Below, piece after piece: positions 1-8,016 of a DNA stretch of 64,000 nt. The stretch is from contig NZ_JAWLCH010000010.1 of assembly GCF_041687235.1 (NCBI RefSeq), forward strand, positions 1,900 to 65,899, given 5' to 3'. A model generated the notes under the pieces. The model ran no database searches. It was not told where the DNA came from and was given only the letters and a program-made list of their open reading frames with translations. Position numbers and translations under genes: made by a program. This DNA comes from Marinobacter sp. (GTDB lineage: Bacteria > Pseudomonadota > Gammaproteobacteria > Pseudomonadales > Oleiphilaceae). Numbering within the stretch: the first letter of the stretch is position 1; each line of letters starts with the position of its first letter.

Positions 1-1
1 A

Positions 2-319
2 AAAGAGGTTCATACGACTCAAGGCGCTAGAATATTAAAAGTCAAAAAACCTGACTATTTGGGTAAATCAAAATGGGCCTTTAGATATAATGGGCATGCT
101 ATTGAGGCAAAAGTTTCGGATATACCATGGTTGGTTAGTTTTCAGGCTGGGGATATTCCTGTAAATCCTGGTGACTCCATTCGAGCTGAGCTGAAAGAGG
201 ATATCGCTTTTGGTTACGACGGAGAAATAATTCATGTCTGGTACGATATACTTGAGGTCTATGAAGTCATTCCTGGAATGAGAGCTGTCCAAGGCGGATT
301 ATTTGATTCTAAGAAGTGA
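2..319 (+). CDS. Cassette-encoded hypothetical protein, C-terminal part (5' end outside window)
   Basis: Frame open from position 2 (KEVHTTQGARILKVKKPDYLGKSKWAF...) to TGA at 317-319, abutting attC1; AT-rich. Confidence 0.75.
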   Translation, partial: KEVHTTQGARILKVKKPDYLGKSKWAFRYNGHAIEAKVSDIPWLVSFQAGDIPVNPGDSIRAELKEDIAFGYDGEIIHVWYDILEVYEVIPGMRAVQGGLFDSKK

Positions 320-391
320 TTTAACAAATGCAGGTTGTCGGACAGTGTACTCCGCTGCGCTCCGTACCTGCCGCAACTGCAAGCGTTATAA
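319..391 (+). repeat. attC1
   Basis: R'' ATTTAAC 319-325, internal inverted repeat, R' GTTATAA 385-391. Confidence 0.9.
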
Positions 392-466
392 GTTGCGAGA
401 AGCTTTTGCAGGACTTCGGAAAGAGAGCAGATATTTGCGATCCGATGCGGATAGAGGACAGGAAAT

Positions 467-670
467 TTGGGTAGTCTGAGTAGGTGGTTCAAGGTTCTAC
501 AGCTACTGTTACCGATTATCCTGATCTGCATCGGGGTGCTTCATGCAGTGTCGACTCTGATAGCGGCCGGTTTTGACGCTGCTATCAATCAATTTCTATA
601 TCCGTTCATCTTTGTCACAAGCGGGCTCGTTCTCGGTGACTTCAACAGGCGCCGCAAGGATCTAAACTGA
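467..670 (+). CDS. Small hypothetical membrane protein (67 aa), cassette 386-765
   Basis: Only plausible sense ORF in the cassette; purine-rich RBS before TTG; two hydrophobic stretches and a basic tail. Confidence 0.55.
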   Translation: MGSLSRWFKVLQLLLPIILICIGVLHAVSTLIAAGFDAAINQFLYPFIFVTSGLVLGDFNRRRKDLN

Positions 671-686
671 GGGTCTATGCCACGAC

Positions 687-771
687 TTATAACAAGGCCA
701 GGCACGGCGACGCCTACTACATTGCGGCTTCGCCTCCATTCCGTAGCCGCGCATGCTGGCTGGCGTTATGC
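687..771 (+). repeat. attC2
   Basis: TTATAAC 687-693 ... GTTATGC 765-771; R'' complements the TTATAA at 386-391. Confidence 0.95.
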
Positions 772-777
772 AGGATT

Positions 778-1116
778 ATGAACTGGTCCGTTGTTAAAAA
801 GTTCTCAGGTGCGGCACTGTCCTTAATTGGTTTGGCGGTGGTTGCAGACGTTATTATCGTTGCACTCTTTGAGCGCGGCGCGGTGACCGCTGAGTATGCT
901 GGCTGCTATCTTACCGATGCAATGGTGGTCGGTTACGAGTGCCAGGGCTTCTGGCCAGCAGACATCATATCAGCGTGGCTCAATCTGCCGTTGTGGTCGG
1001 TCTACGGGCTCCTTTTTGCGCCATATAGCCTTAAAGCAGCGCTTCTTGCGGTCTTGGTTTGGTCACCACTAGTGATATATGTCATGGCGTCTCGCAAGGT
1101 GGCCCAGCATGCATAA
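778..1116 (+). CDS. Hypothetical membrane protein (112 aa), cassette 766-1189
   Basis: ATG 12 nt after the core site; TAA lies inside the R'' of attC3; hydrophobic segments; CxxxxxxxxxxxC motif. Confidence 0.8.
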   Translation: MNWSVVKKFSGAALSLIGLAVVADVIIVALFERGAVTAEYAGCYLTDAMVVGYECQGFWPADIISAWLNLPLWSVYGLLFAPYSLKAALLAVLVWSPLVIYVMASRKVAQHA

Positions 1117-1195
1117 CCAGGCCAGTCACGGCGACGGCTACTACATTGCGGCTGCGCCTCCATTTCGTAGCCGCGCGTGCTGAGCGGCGTTATGC
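1111..1195 (+). repeat. attC3
   Basis: GCATAAC 1111-1117 ... GTTATGC 1189-1195; same family as attC2 and attC8. Confidence 0.95.
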
Positions 1196-1206
1196 AGGGA
1201 GCAATC

Positions 1207-1623
1207 ATGAAACCACGAATTAGCATGATCACTTTAGGTGTAAGTGACCTGCCGCCCTCTGTAGTGTTTTACGAGCAGGGCCTCGGGCTTCCGCGAATGG
1301 ATTCTCCTCCCGAAGTGGCGTTCTTTACGTTGAATGGTACTTGGCTAGGATTATATGGTCGCGAAGCGCTGGCTGAAGATGCGTCAGTCTCTGGGGAATC
1401 AAGCGGATTCTCAGGGTTCAGCCTAGCGCACAATGTGGGGTCCGAGCAGGAGGTTGATCAAGTTATGGCTCAAGCTGCATCAGCCGGCGCCGTTGTGACG
1501 AAACCAGCTCAGAAAACAGATTGGGGTGGGTACGCAGGATACTTTGCTGATCCGGACGGTTATCTCTGGGAAATCGCGCACAATCCGCTTTTTTGGGTCG
1601 GGCCCTCAGATGAGCCTGCATAA
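1207..1623 (+). CDS. VOC/glyoxalase-bleomycin resistance family protein, cassette 1190-1668
   Basis: MKPRISMITLGV...DWGGYAGYFADPDGYLWEIAHNP motifs; RBS before ATG 1207; stop inside R'' of attC4. Confidence 0.9.
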   Translation: MKPRISMITLGVSDLPPSVVFYEQGLGLPRMDSPPEVAFFTLNGTWLGLYGREALAEDASVSGESSGFSGFSLAHNVGSEQEVDQVMAQAASAGAVVTKPAQKTDWGGYAGYFADPDGYLWEIAHNPLFWVGPSDEPA

Positions 1624-1674
1624 CAAACCGCATCAGTACGCGGCCGATGGCCGCCGCTTATTTTTGCGTTACAC
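1618..1674 (+). repeat. attC4 (short, 57 bp)
   Basis: GCATAAC 1618-1624 ... GTTACAC 1668-1674. Confidence 0.9.
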
Positions 1675-1689
1675 CCTACTGATCCGGCC

Positions 1690-1718
1690 TTGACGGCTAT
1701 ACGGCAGAGCCGTATATT
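1690..1718 (+). promoter_or_regulatory. Cassette-internal sigma70 promoter with operator palindrome for higBA-2-like module
   Basis: TTGACG 1690-1695, 17 bp, TATATT 1713-1718; inverted repeat TATACGGC-aga-GCCGTATA 1698-1716. Confidence 0.75.
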
Positions 1719-1724
1719 TTAGCA

Positions 1725-2036
1725 GTGCTATTTATCGAAACCTCAACGTTCACCAAGCTATTGCCGAACTACCTCACGGATGAGGAATACCGGGGGCTTC
1801 AAACTTACCTTCTACAGAAGCCAGATGCAGGGGATCTGATTAAAGGTTCGGGTGGTGTTCGTAAAGTTCGGTGGGCACCAGCGGGTTCGGGAAAGAGCGG
1901 TGGTATCAGAGCCATTTACTACTGGAAGAAATCTGACCACGAGATATGGATGCTCACGCTGTACAGTAAATCAGAGCGCGCCAGTATTCCTGGCCACACG
2001 CTCAAGCAGATAGCGGAGGCAATCAAAAATGGGTGA
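1725..2036 (+). CDS. higB: RelE/HigB-2-like mRNA interferase toxin
   Basis: FIETSTF...GDLIKGSGGVRKVRW...GKSGGIRAIYY pattern of HigB-2-type toxins; toxin-first order. Confidence 0.85.
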   Translation: MLFIETSTFTKLLPNYLTDEEYRGLQTYLLQKPDAGDLIKGSGGVRKVRWAPAGSGKSGGIRAIYYWKKSDHEIWMLTLYSKSERASIPGHTLKQIAEAIKNG

Positions 2037-2316
2037 CAGAAACCTTGGGGCAGAGATTCTTGACGGTATCAATGAAATCAAGCAATTCAAGAAGGGTAAA
2101 TTGGCCTTGCGAACGCATGAGCTTGCAGAACCTTCGCCGCCCAAAGTGATCAGGCTGAAATTGCACATGTCGCAGTCAGCATTTGCCGGCCTTATGGGTG
2201 TGAGTGTGCGAACCCTTCAGGACTGGGAACAGGGTCGGCGCGAGCCGCAAGGCCCTGCGCTTGCGCTTCTGCGTATTGCTGAGCAACACCCGGAAGTTTT
2301 TAGTCAGCTTCACTGA
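2029..2316 (+). CDS. higA: HTH (Cro/C1) antitoxin, HigA-2-like
   Basis: MSQSAFAGLMGVSVRTLQDWEQGRREPQGPA HTH; overlaps toxin stop by 8 nt. Confidence 0.85.
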   Translation: MGDRNLGAEILDGINEIKQFKKGKLALRTHELAEPSPPKVIRLKLHMSQSAFAGLMGVSVRTLQDWEQGRREPQGPALALLRIAEQHPEVFSQLH

Positions 2317-2326
2317 CCAAAGTGAG

Positions 2327-2404
2327 GTGTAACCAAGCCATGCACCGGATGCCAAAACCTCCGCTTCGCTCTGGTTTTGTCACCGGTGATGGCGGGCGTT
2401 ATGT
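2327..2404 (+). repeat. attC5
   Basis: GTGTAAC 2327-2333 ... GTTATGT 2398-2404; near-identical to attC6. Confidence 0.95.
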
Positions 2405-2493
2405 GGTGCCCGCCATGCTACAAACACGATTTTTGAACAATGTTTAATCACGGGTAGCCAGGACGCTACTCAGAAAAGAAAGGAACTCTGACT

Positions 2494-4376
2494 ATGAGTA
2501 ATCTGATTGCCGCCTGTGTTGGCGACATGCACGTTTGCCCGATCAAAGGGCATGGCTCTTCCCCCATCCTGCCAAACGGCTCCAGCATCCTTGTTGAAGG
2601 TAAACCCATTGCCCGGGTGGGCGATGTCACCGGTTGCGGTGCGGTTATTACCCAAGGCTACCCGCTGGCGTTGGCCGATGGTATGCCAGTGGCCTACCTT
2701 GGCAGCCCTACCAGTCATGGCGGATCTATTGTCAGCGGTAATCCACGAGTGATTTTGGGTGTCGCCACTACCACAGCACCCGTAGTGGACTTTGCCATGG
2801 CTGGCGCACTGGATGACAAAGGCCAGCTTACCCCTGCGGCCAAAGAGTTGCTGGACAAAGATCCACAAGAGTTTGTGCGCAAAGCTGCGCATAAAGGCGC
2901 ATTGATTGATGAAGGCTTGCCGGACAAGTCACTGGATGACTCGCCCGAAGAAGATAACCGCCCCAAAGTCCGGGTAGAGGCAGGATTCTTTTTTGATGGC
3001 ACAGGCAATAACCGTGACAATACCCGTGCCTACCAGCAGGAACTTGATAAATGCCTGACCGCCAATGCCGCCGGAGCCATCTCGGAAGACGAGTGCAGTA
3101 ATGAGCTGTCGCAGGTGATGGAAGGCAGTTACCTCAATGCCGAAACCAACGTCTCGAAGCTGGAGACGCTTTACTTTAAAGACACCATAGAGCAAGACGG
3201 TTCACCAACCCACCGGCTGTCCGTTTATGTTTCAGGTGTTGGCACCAAGTTTGGTGAGCCCGACGATGGTTTGAGCATGGGGCTAGGCTTGGGGGAGCAA
3301 GGCATCCTCAGGAAGGTTGAGGAAGGTGCAGAGCAAATCACCTTTGAGATTGCCAACCGAGTCAATGATTCCATTGACGAATTGATCATCGATGTATTCG
3401 GATTTAGCCGGGGCGCGGCAACGGCACGACATTTCGTAAGCCGTGAGGTTTATGACACAACGGGCTCTTTATACGGTGAGTACAAAGGGGCATTGGTCAG
3501 AGCTTTCGAGCGGGAGGGCATTCCATGGCCTGAGAAAGTGACGGTTCGGTTTCTGGGGCTGTTCGATACCGTTGCAGGAGTCGCCGATGTAGGCAATCTG
3601 GATTATTCCGCCCACGATGGAAAAACGGGGCGTGTCAACGTCAACATAAAACCGGGGCAGGTCCAGCGGGCCGTCCAATTCGTTGCGAGGGATGAGCGGC
3701 GTCACAACTTTTCGTTAAACAGCCTTCGAAGTGATTCGGGTGACCTGCCTGAGAATTTCAGCGAGTGGGTGCTGCCCGGAGTACATTCGGATATTGGCGG
3801 CGGGTATCCAGAGCGGTTTCATGAGCGAATTGAAGTTCGCCCTCCAGAAGTCATCACGGGTAAAGACCGACGGAACCCCGAGGCCAGTTTCGAGTTTTCC
3901 CGCATGCTGCAGGAGCGAGCCCTGATCAAGGCCGAGGGCTGGATCGGATCGCACAATCCGTTGGCGACCCTCGAGATTGAACAGAAGCGCTTGCCCATGC
4001 TGCCCACTCAGCCGAGCCTGAGTGGCAATAATGTCGCTTTCACCTTTGGCTGGACCGGGAGGTTCGCGGCGAATACTCCAGAATTCCCCTGTACTTGATT
4101 CACAAACTGGCTGTCGATGCCGGTGTGCCTTTCCAGTCCATCAACCCCGATGTGAAAGGCTTTTCAATACCGCAAGAGCTTGTAGCAGTTGCCAGAAACC
4201 TTGCAGCCCACGTCTGGCACGGTCAAGATTTGCTGTTGTCACCCGAGTCAAAAGCCCTGCTTAAGCAACGGTACATCCATCATTCCGATCATTATCTGGA
4301 AATGGGACCGTTATACCCTTTCAGGCCGGCAAAGGGTGGTCGCCGGGCTATTCACCTCAACATGACCAGTGAATAA
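2494..4376 (+). pseudogene. PAAR-DUF2235 (Tle1-like phospholipase) T6SS effector, split by a 1-nt frameshift at ~4044
   Basis: N-terminal PAAR (CPIKGHG...GKPIARVGD...CGA...HGG), then FFDGTGNN, GFSRG, FLGLFDTV and HSDIGGGY. ORFs 2494-4098 and 4095-4376 join (AFT|LWLDREVRGEYSRIPLYLIHKLA) if one C is restored at ACC/CTT 4042-4046, giving ~627 aa. Confidence 0.85.
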
Positions 4377-4388
4377 ACGGAGACTGCT

Positions 4389-5006
4389 ATGAGTATCAAA
4401 CGCTGGATGACCTGTCTCTGTATCCTGGTGTTGGTAGGGTGTTCGGAACCAACGGAGTCAGAGGGTCCAAGGCACGGTCCTAACAGTACATACCGCAATA
4501 TCAATGTCGTCGCTCCAAAACACTACGATGTCTGGGTGGATAAGTTCTTTGTTGAGTCCTTGTCAGAGAACATTGGCTGGCGAGCGCCTATTGGCATTGT
4601 GTCATGTTGCTGGGAAAAGCCTCACGGCGCTTCGGCGGAATGGCAAACTATGCCCGAAGTCTTCCTCATCCGCTGGTTCTCTTTCGCGGAGCAGCAATCC
4701 TATGAAGCCCTGATCCGGCTGGAAAGCCCGGATGAGATTGAGGAAAAGATGAAGGAAGTCGCTGCATTTGAACGCTTTGGCGAGATGGTGGAGCGACCGC
4801 GCTACAATCTTGTTCTTGGCTTGGCACCGGGCGGAACAGTGGTTGCGTGGATTATGAACCGGGGTGTGAATGCTATCGAAGTTGGTCGTTTTAAAGCCAA
4901 ACCCTACGACGACAAAGAATCAGACTACACTCAATGGGTTAATGAGTATCTCGAGAGAGAAGGCGATTACCTCAAAGAGAACGGGGTGAAGCTGGATGGT
5001 TGGTAG
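4389..5006 (+). CDS. DUF2931-like lipoprotein, putative cognate Tli immunity protein
   Basis: Lipobox LVGC; W-rich core (WQTMPEVFLIRWFSFAEQQSY...LVLGLAPGGTVVAW); 12 nt downstream of the effector in the same cassette. Confidence 0.8.
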   Translation: MSIKRWMTCLCILVLVGCSEPTESEGPRHGPNSTYRNINVVAPKHYDVWVDKFFVESLSENIGWRAPIGIVSCCWEKPHGASAEWQTMPEVFLIRWFSFAEQQSYEALIRLESPDEIEEKMKEVAAFERFGEMVERPRYNLVLGLAPGGTVVAWIMNRGVNAIEVGRFKAKPYDDKESDYTQWVNEYLEREGDYLKENGVKLDGW

Positions 5007-5040
5007 GGTTATAGGCCTGAAACCGTGGGAGTTAGCCACC

Positions 5041-5118
5041 ACATAACCATGCCATGCACCGGATGCCAAACCCTCCGCTTCGCTACGGTTTTGTCACCGG
5101 TGATGGCGGGCGTTATAA
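5041..5118 (+). repeat. attC6
   Basis: ACATAAC 5041-5047 complements TTATGT at 2399-2404, defining one cassette 2399-5112; R' GTTATAA 5112-5118. Confidence 0.95.
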
Positions 5119-5159
5119 GCACGGGGCAATCAGGCTCCGGCATAAGTAGGTGAGAGTTT

Positions 5160-5351
5160 TTGGGAGAAATACTCTTTGACGGGTTGTTTAGGGGAGGGAT
5201 TCGGTTCCTCGCAAGGCTTCTCGGTTGTGAGCAAACCTGTGAAGGCGGCGCAGGACTTCTCTTGTTGGTCCTTTTGCTGATCTTGTTCATATGTGTGGTG
5301 GTTCTTGTAGTTGGCCACATTCGGAAACCGGCCAAGAAGAAAGGTCGCTGA
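5160..5351 (+). CDS. Small hypothetical membrane protein (63 aa), cassette starting at 5113
   Basis: Sense ORF ending 12 nt before attC7; one strong TM helix followed by RKPAKKKGR; TTG start uncertain. Confidence 0.5.
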   Translation: MGEILFDGLFRGGIRFLARLLGCEQTCEGGAGLLLLVLLLILFICVVVLVVGHIRKPAKKKGR

Positions 5352-5362
5352 AGCCGTGCCTG

Positions 5363-5442
5363 TTATAACAAGTCAATTAAATTCGTTCCGGCCCGATGGG
5401 CCTCCACCGGACGCCCTTGTCAGGGCGCCGTTTATTGCTGGC
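5363..5442 (+). repeat. attC7, broken at the R' crossover point
   Basis: TTATAAC 5363-5369, L'' CAATTAAA and L' TTTATTG intact; the expected GTT at 5443 is replaced by TACAG. Confidence 0.8.
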
Positions 5443-5452
5443 TACAGAATTC

Positions 5453-5480
5453 CGAGTTACCCACGAACAGTAGACACCTT
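5453..5480 (+). mobile_element. Possible IS3-family terminal inverted repeat remnant
   Basis: (C)GAGTTACCCACGAACAGTAGACACC resembles the recalled IS3-group end pattern TGA..TACCCAC.....T.GACAC; no transposase or partner end found. Confidence 0.35.
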
Positions 5481-5560
5481 CTATAGTTAGGTGGACTTAC
5501 CCCGGTGCGGACGGTGGCATCGCTGGCCGTCAGTTTAGAACAACAACGAGAAAAGGGCAG

Positions 5561-5775
5561 ATGAGCGAGCACGATGCACGGTTTTGGGATCGGTCGGCCA
5601 AAAATGCGCAGCTGTTCTGCGTCTCGTGGGCAAGGCCCCGAGCGTCGTGACCACATGCTCCTCGGGTTCGTTGCTACAAGCGATCGGTGAAGCGGGGTTT
5701 GAAATACTTGAGAACGAACGACACGGAACGAAGAAAAGTGACTACCGTCCCTTTATTGTCGCTCGGGCGAGCTGA
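5561..5775 (+). pseudogene. Internally deleted class I SAM-dependent methyltransferase
   Basis: N-terminus MSEHDARFWDRSAK fused out of frame to a C-terminus LRLVGKAPSV...IGEAGFEILENERHG...RPFIVAR; motif I region absent. Confidence 0.6.
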
Positions 5776-5880
5776 CTCTGCCTGAAGTCAGGCATGCGGG
5801 AGTGCGCGCTCCCGTGCCGCTCCGGCTTTAAGGGTGTATCCCCGACGCGAAATCAAAAATGTTCATGAACAGGAAAAAAC

Positions 5881-6759
5881 ATGAAAAAACAGCTGCTGGT
5901 CTTACTGATACCCTTCCTGCTATTGGCAGGATGTGCGAGTAGCCCGTCTGCTCTCAGACATGATGTCGCCGTGTCGTATGACGCCGAGCGTATCGCCTAT
6001 GATGTGGCCGGAGAGGGCGAAACGGCGCTGATTTTCGTTCACGGCTGGAGCTGTGACGGGCGCTACTGGCAAGAGCAGGTCCCGGTATTCGCGAAAGCCT
6101 ATCGGGTGATTACGGTCGACTTGGCAGGGCATGGGCATTCCTCATTGGAGCGATCCGATTATTCAATGCTGTCGTTCGCGCAGGATGTGAAAGCCGTTAT
6201 GGACAGGGAAAACATTGGTCGCGCTGTTCTGATCGGGCACTCAATGGGAGGTGGCGTGATTGCCGAGGCGGCCAGGCTCATGCCGAAGAGGGTTGTGGGC
6301 ATTGTCGGGGTCGATACCCTGCAAAACGTTGGGGAACGTACACCTGAGAGTGTCATTGAGGAGATGGTAACGCCATTTGAATCTGATTTCAGAACGGCGA
6401 CGCAGGGTTTTGTTTCACAAATGTTCCCGGCAGGTACCGATCAAGAGCTGATGAACTGGATAAAGGAAGACATGTCATCAGCGCCCAAGGCGCCGGCCAT
6501 GAGTGCCTTTCGTAACTACCTGGGTCAGTATGTCAGCGGAGATGCCGCCGCTGTCTTCAAGGATGTCAGCGTTCCTGTGGTCTCAATAAATGCACGACTA
6601 TGGCCGACCGCATTTGAAGAAAACCAAAAGCATATTAAAGACTATCAGCTTCTCTATATTGAGGAATCAGGCCACTTTCCCATGCTGGAAAGGCCTGACG
6701 CCTTTAATGCGCTGTTACAACAGACCATTGAAGCAATTGAAACGCGCAATGGCATCTAG
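5881..6759 (+). CDS. Alpha/beta hydrolase fold lipoprotein
   Basis: Lipobox LAGC; HGWSCD oxyanion motif, GHSMGG nucleophile elbow, SGHFPMLE catalytic His. Confidence 0.92.
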   Translation: MKKQLLVLLIPFLLLAGCASSPSALRHDVAVSYDAERIAYDVAGEGETALIFVHGWSCDGRYWQEQVPVFAKAYRVITVDLAGHGHSSLERSDYSMLSFAQDVKAVMDRENIGRAVLIGHSMGGGVIAEAARLMPKRVVGIVGVDTLQNVGERTPESVIEEMVTPFESDFRTATQGFVSQMFPAGTDQELMNWIKEDMSSAPKAPAMSAFRNYLGQYVSGDAAAVFKDVSVPVVSINARLWPTAFEENQKHIKDYQLLYIEESGHFPMLERPDAFNALLQQTIEAIETRNGI

Positions 6760-6821
6760 CCTTTGCATCACATGCGTGCCGGTGTCTCCGCTGTTCTGAG
6801 ACACCCATACCGGAGGGGCCG

Positions 6822-7232
6822 ATGGACATCAAATGCGTCTCGGGATTTGCCACGATAACCCAGGACCCTGCTGCAAGTGCCTCGCTGTATGAAGGACTGC
6901 TGGGGCTGCCGCTGGAGAAGATGGACGATTATCGCTTCATGGACAAATTCCCCGGGACGAACCATTTTGGTGTCTGGCCGCTTGCCATGGCCGCCCAGTC
7001 CTGTTTTGGGCAGGATGAATGGCCTGAGGGGGTTCCTGTGCCGACTGCCACAATTGAATTTGAGCTGGCGGATGCGGCCGCTGTCGAGGCGGCCGTGGAC
7101 GAGTTGAAAGCGAAAGGACAAGCATTCGTTCATACCGCCCGTACCGAACCCTGGGGGCAGACCGTCGCCCGGTTCATGAGCCCCGAGGGGATATTGGTGG
7201 GGCTGAGTTATGCGCCGTGGCTTCATGAGTGA
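6822..7232 (+). CDS. VOC family protein
   Basis: TIEFEL...EPWGQTVARFMSPEGILVGLSY VOC-type beta-alpha-beta-beta-beta motif. Confidence 0.85.
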   Translation: MDIKCVSGFATITQDPAASASLYEGLLGLPLEKMDDYRFMDKFPGTNHFGVWPLAMAAQSCFGQDEWPEGVPVPTATIEFELADAAAVEAAVDELKAKGQAFVHTARTEPWGQTVARFMSPEGILVGLSYAPWLHE

Positions 7233-7290
7233 GTGGTAAGGGGGGGGCAGACCCCTTGAATTATTGGCCAGACGGTTTCAGAGAGTACGT

Positions 7291-7362
7291 GTAATCATGT
7301 GGGGGTGGGCTGTTGTTGCGATACTGGCACATCTTTGGAGTAGAAGTGGGCTTTCAATCTAA
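7291..7362 (+). pseudogene. 3' remnant of a truncated cassette membrane-protein gene
   Basis: VIMWGWAVVAILAHLWSRSGLSI* ends with TAA inside the R'' (ATCTAAC) of attC8; no matching core site (TTAGAT) upstream. Confidence 0.5.
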
Positions 7363-7440
7363 CCAGTGCAGGCACGGCGACGCCCACTACATTGCGCCTT
7401 CGGCTCCATTTCGAGGGCGCGCATGCTGCAAGCGTTATGC
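7357..7440 (+). repeat. attC8
   Basis: ATCTAAC 7357-7363 ... GTTATGC 7434-7440; same family as attC2/attC3. Confidence 0.95.
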
Positions 7441-7452
7441 AAAGCGTTCGTC

Positions 7453-7480
7453 TTGACGTACGTACCTGTAGGCGTACACT
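7453..7480 (+). promoter_or_regulatory. Promoter/operator of yefM-yoeB cassette
   Basis: TTGACG 7453-7458, 16 bp, TACACT 7475-7480; GTACG...CGTAC inverted repeat between them. Confidence 0.6.
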
Positions 7481-7512
7481 TGATTAGAAGTTAAACACGC
7501 AAGAGGTGCGTC

Positions 7513-7755
7513 ATGACCGGAATCACAGCAACTGAGGCGCGCAGCAACCTTTATCGGTTGATTGACGAAACCGCCGAGTCCCACCAACCAATCGTCATCA
7601 TGGGTAAGCGGAACAAGGCCGTCCTGGTTTCCGAGGAAGACTGGTCTGCAATTCAGGAAACACTTTACCTGCTCTCCGTACCAGGTATGCGGGAGTCTAT
7701 TCGTGAGGGGATGGATACCCCCGTGGATGAATGCGATGAGGAGCTGGACTGGTGA
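7513..7755 (+). CDS. yefM: Phd/YefM family antitoxin
   Basis: ITATEARSNLYRLID...PIVIMGKRNKAVLVSEEDW...ETLYLL. Confidence 0.93.
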   Translation: MTGITATEARSNLYRLIDETAESHQPIVIMGKRNKAVLVSEEDWSAIQETLYLLSVPGMRESIREGMDTPVDECDEELDW

Positions 7756-8015
7756 CATGGAAGTTGGTTTACACCAAGCAAGCCCAGAAAGATGCAAAGA
7801 AGTTGGCCTCCAGCGGCCTCAAACCAAAAGCCCAGGAACTGTTAGCGCTGATAGCGGAAGATCCATACCGCAAGCCGCCTCCGTTTGAGAAGCTCATTGG
7901 TGATCTTGCGGGGGCCTATTCACGCCGCATCAATATTCAGCATCGTCTGGTCTACCAAGTGCTCGAGGACGAGCGAGTGGTGAAAGTTCTCAGACTCTGG
8001 AGCCATTACGAATAA
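7752..8015 (+). CDS. yoeB: Txe/YoeB family toxin
   Basis: EKLIGDLAGAYSRRINIQHRLVY...WSHYE; GTGA overlap with antitoxin. Confidence 0.93.
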   Translation: MTWKLVYTKQAQKDAKKLASSGLKPKAQELLALIAEDPYRKPPPFEKLIGDLAGAYSRRINIQHRLVYQVLEDERVVKVLRLWSHYE

Positions 8016-8016
8016 T

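Noticed and set aside
4030-4050. Programmed -1 ribosomal frameshift in the Tle1-like gene
   Set aside because: No X XXY YYZ slippery site or obvious stimulatory structure; mutation or sequencing error is simpler
5485-5530. GTGCG at ~5505 as the 5' end of an attC-targeting group IIC intron
   Set aside because: No domain V/VI, no reverse transcriptase, and the position is not the usual R'' insertion site
7233-7290. GGGGGGGCAGACCCC and GGTTTCAGAGAGTAC as IS ends
   Set aside because: No partner inverted repeat or target duplication found; too short to assign
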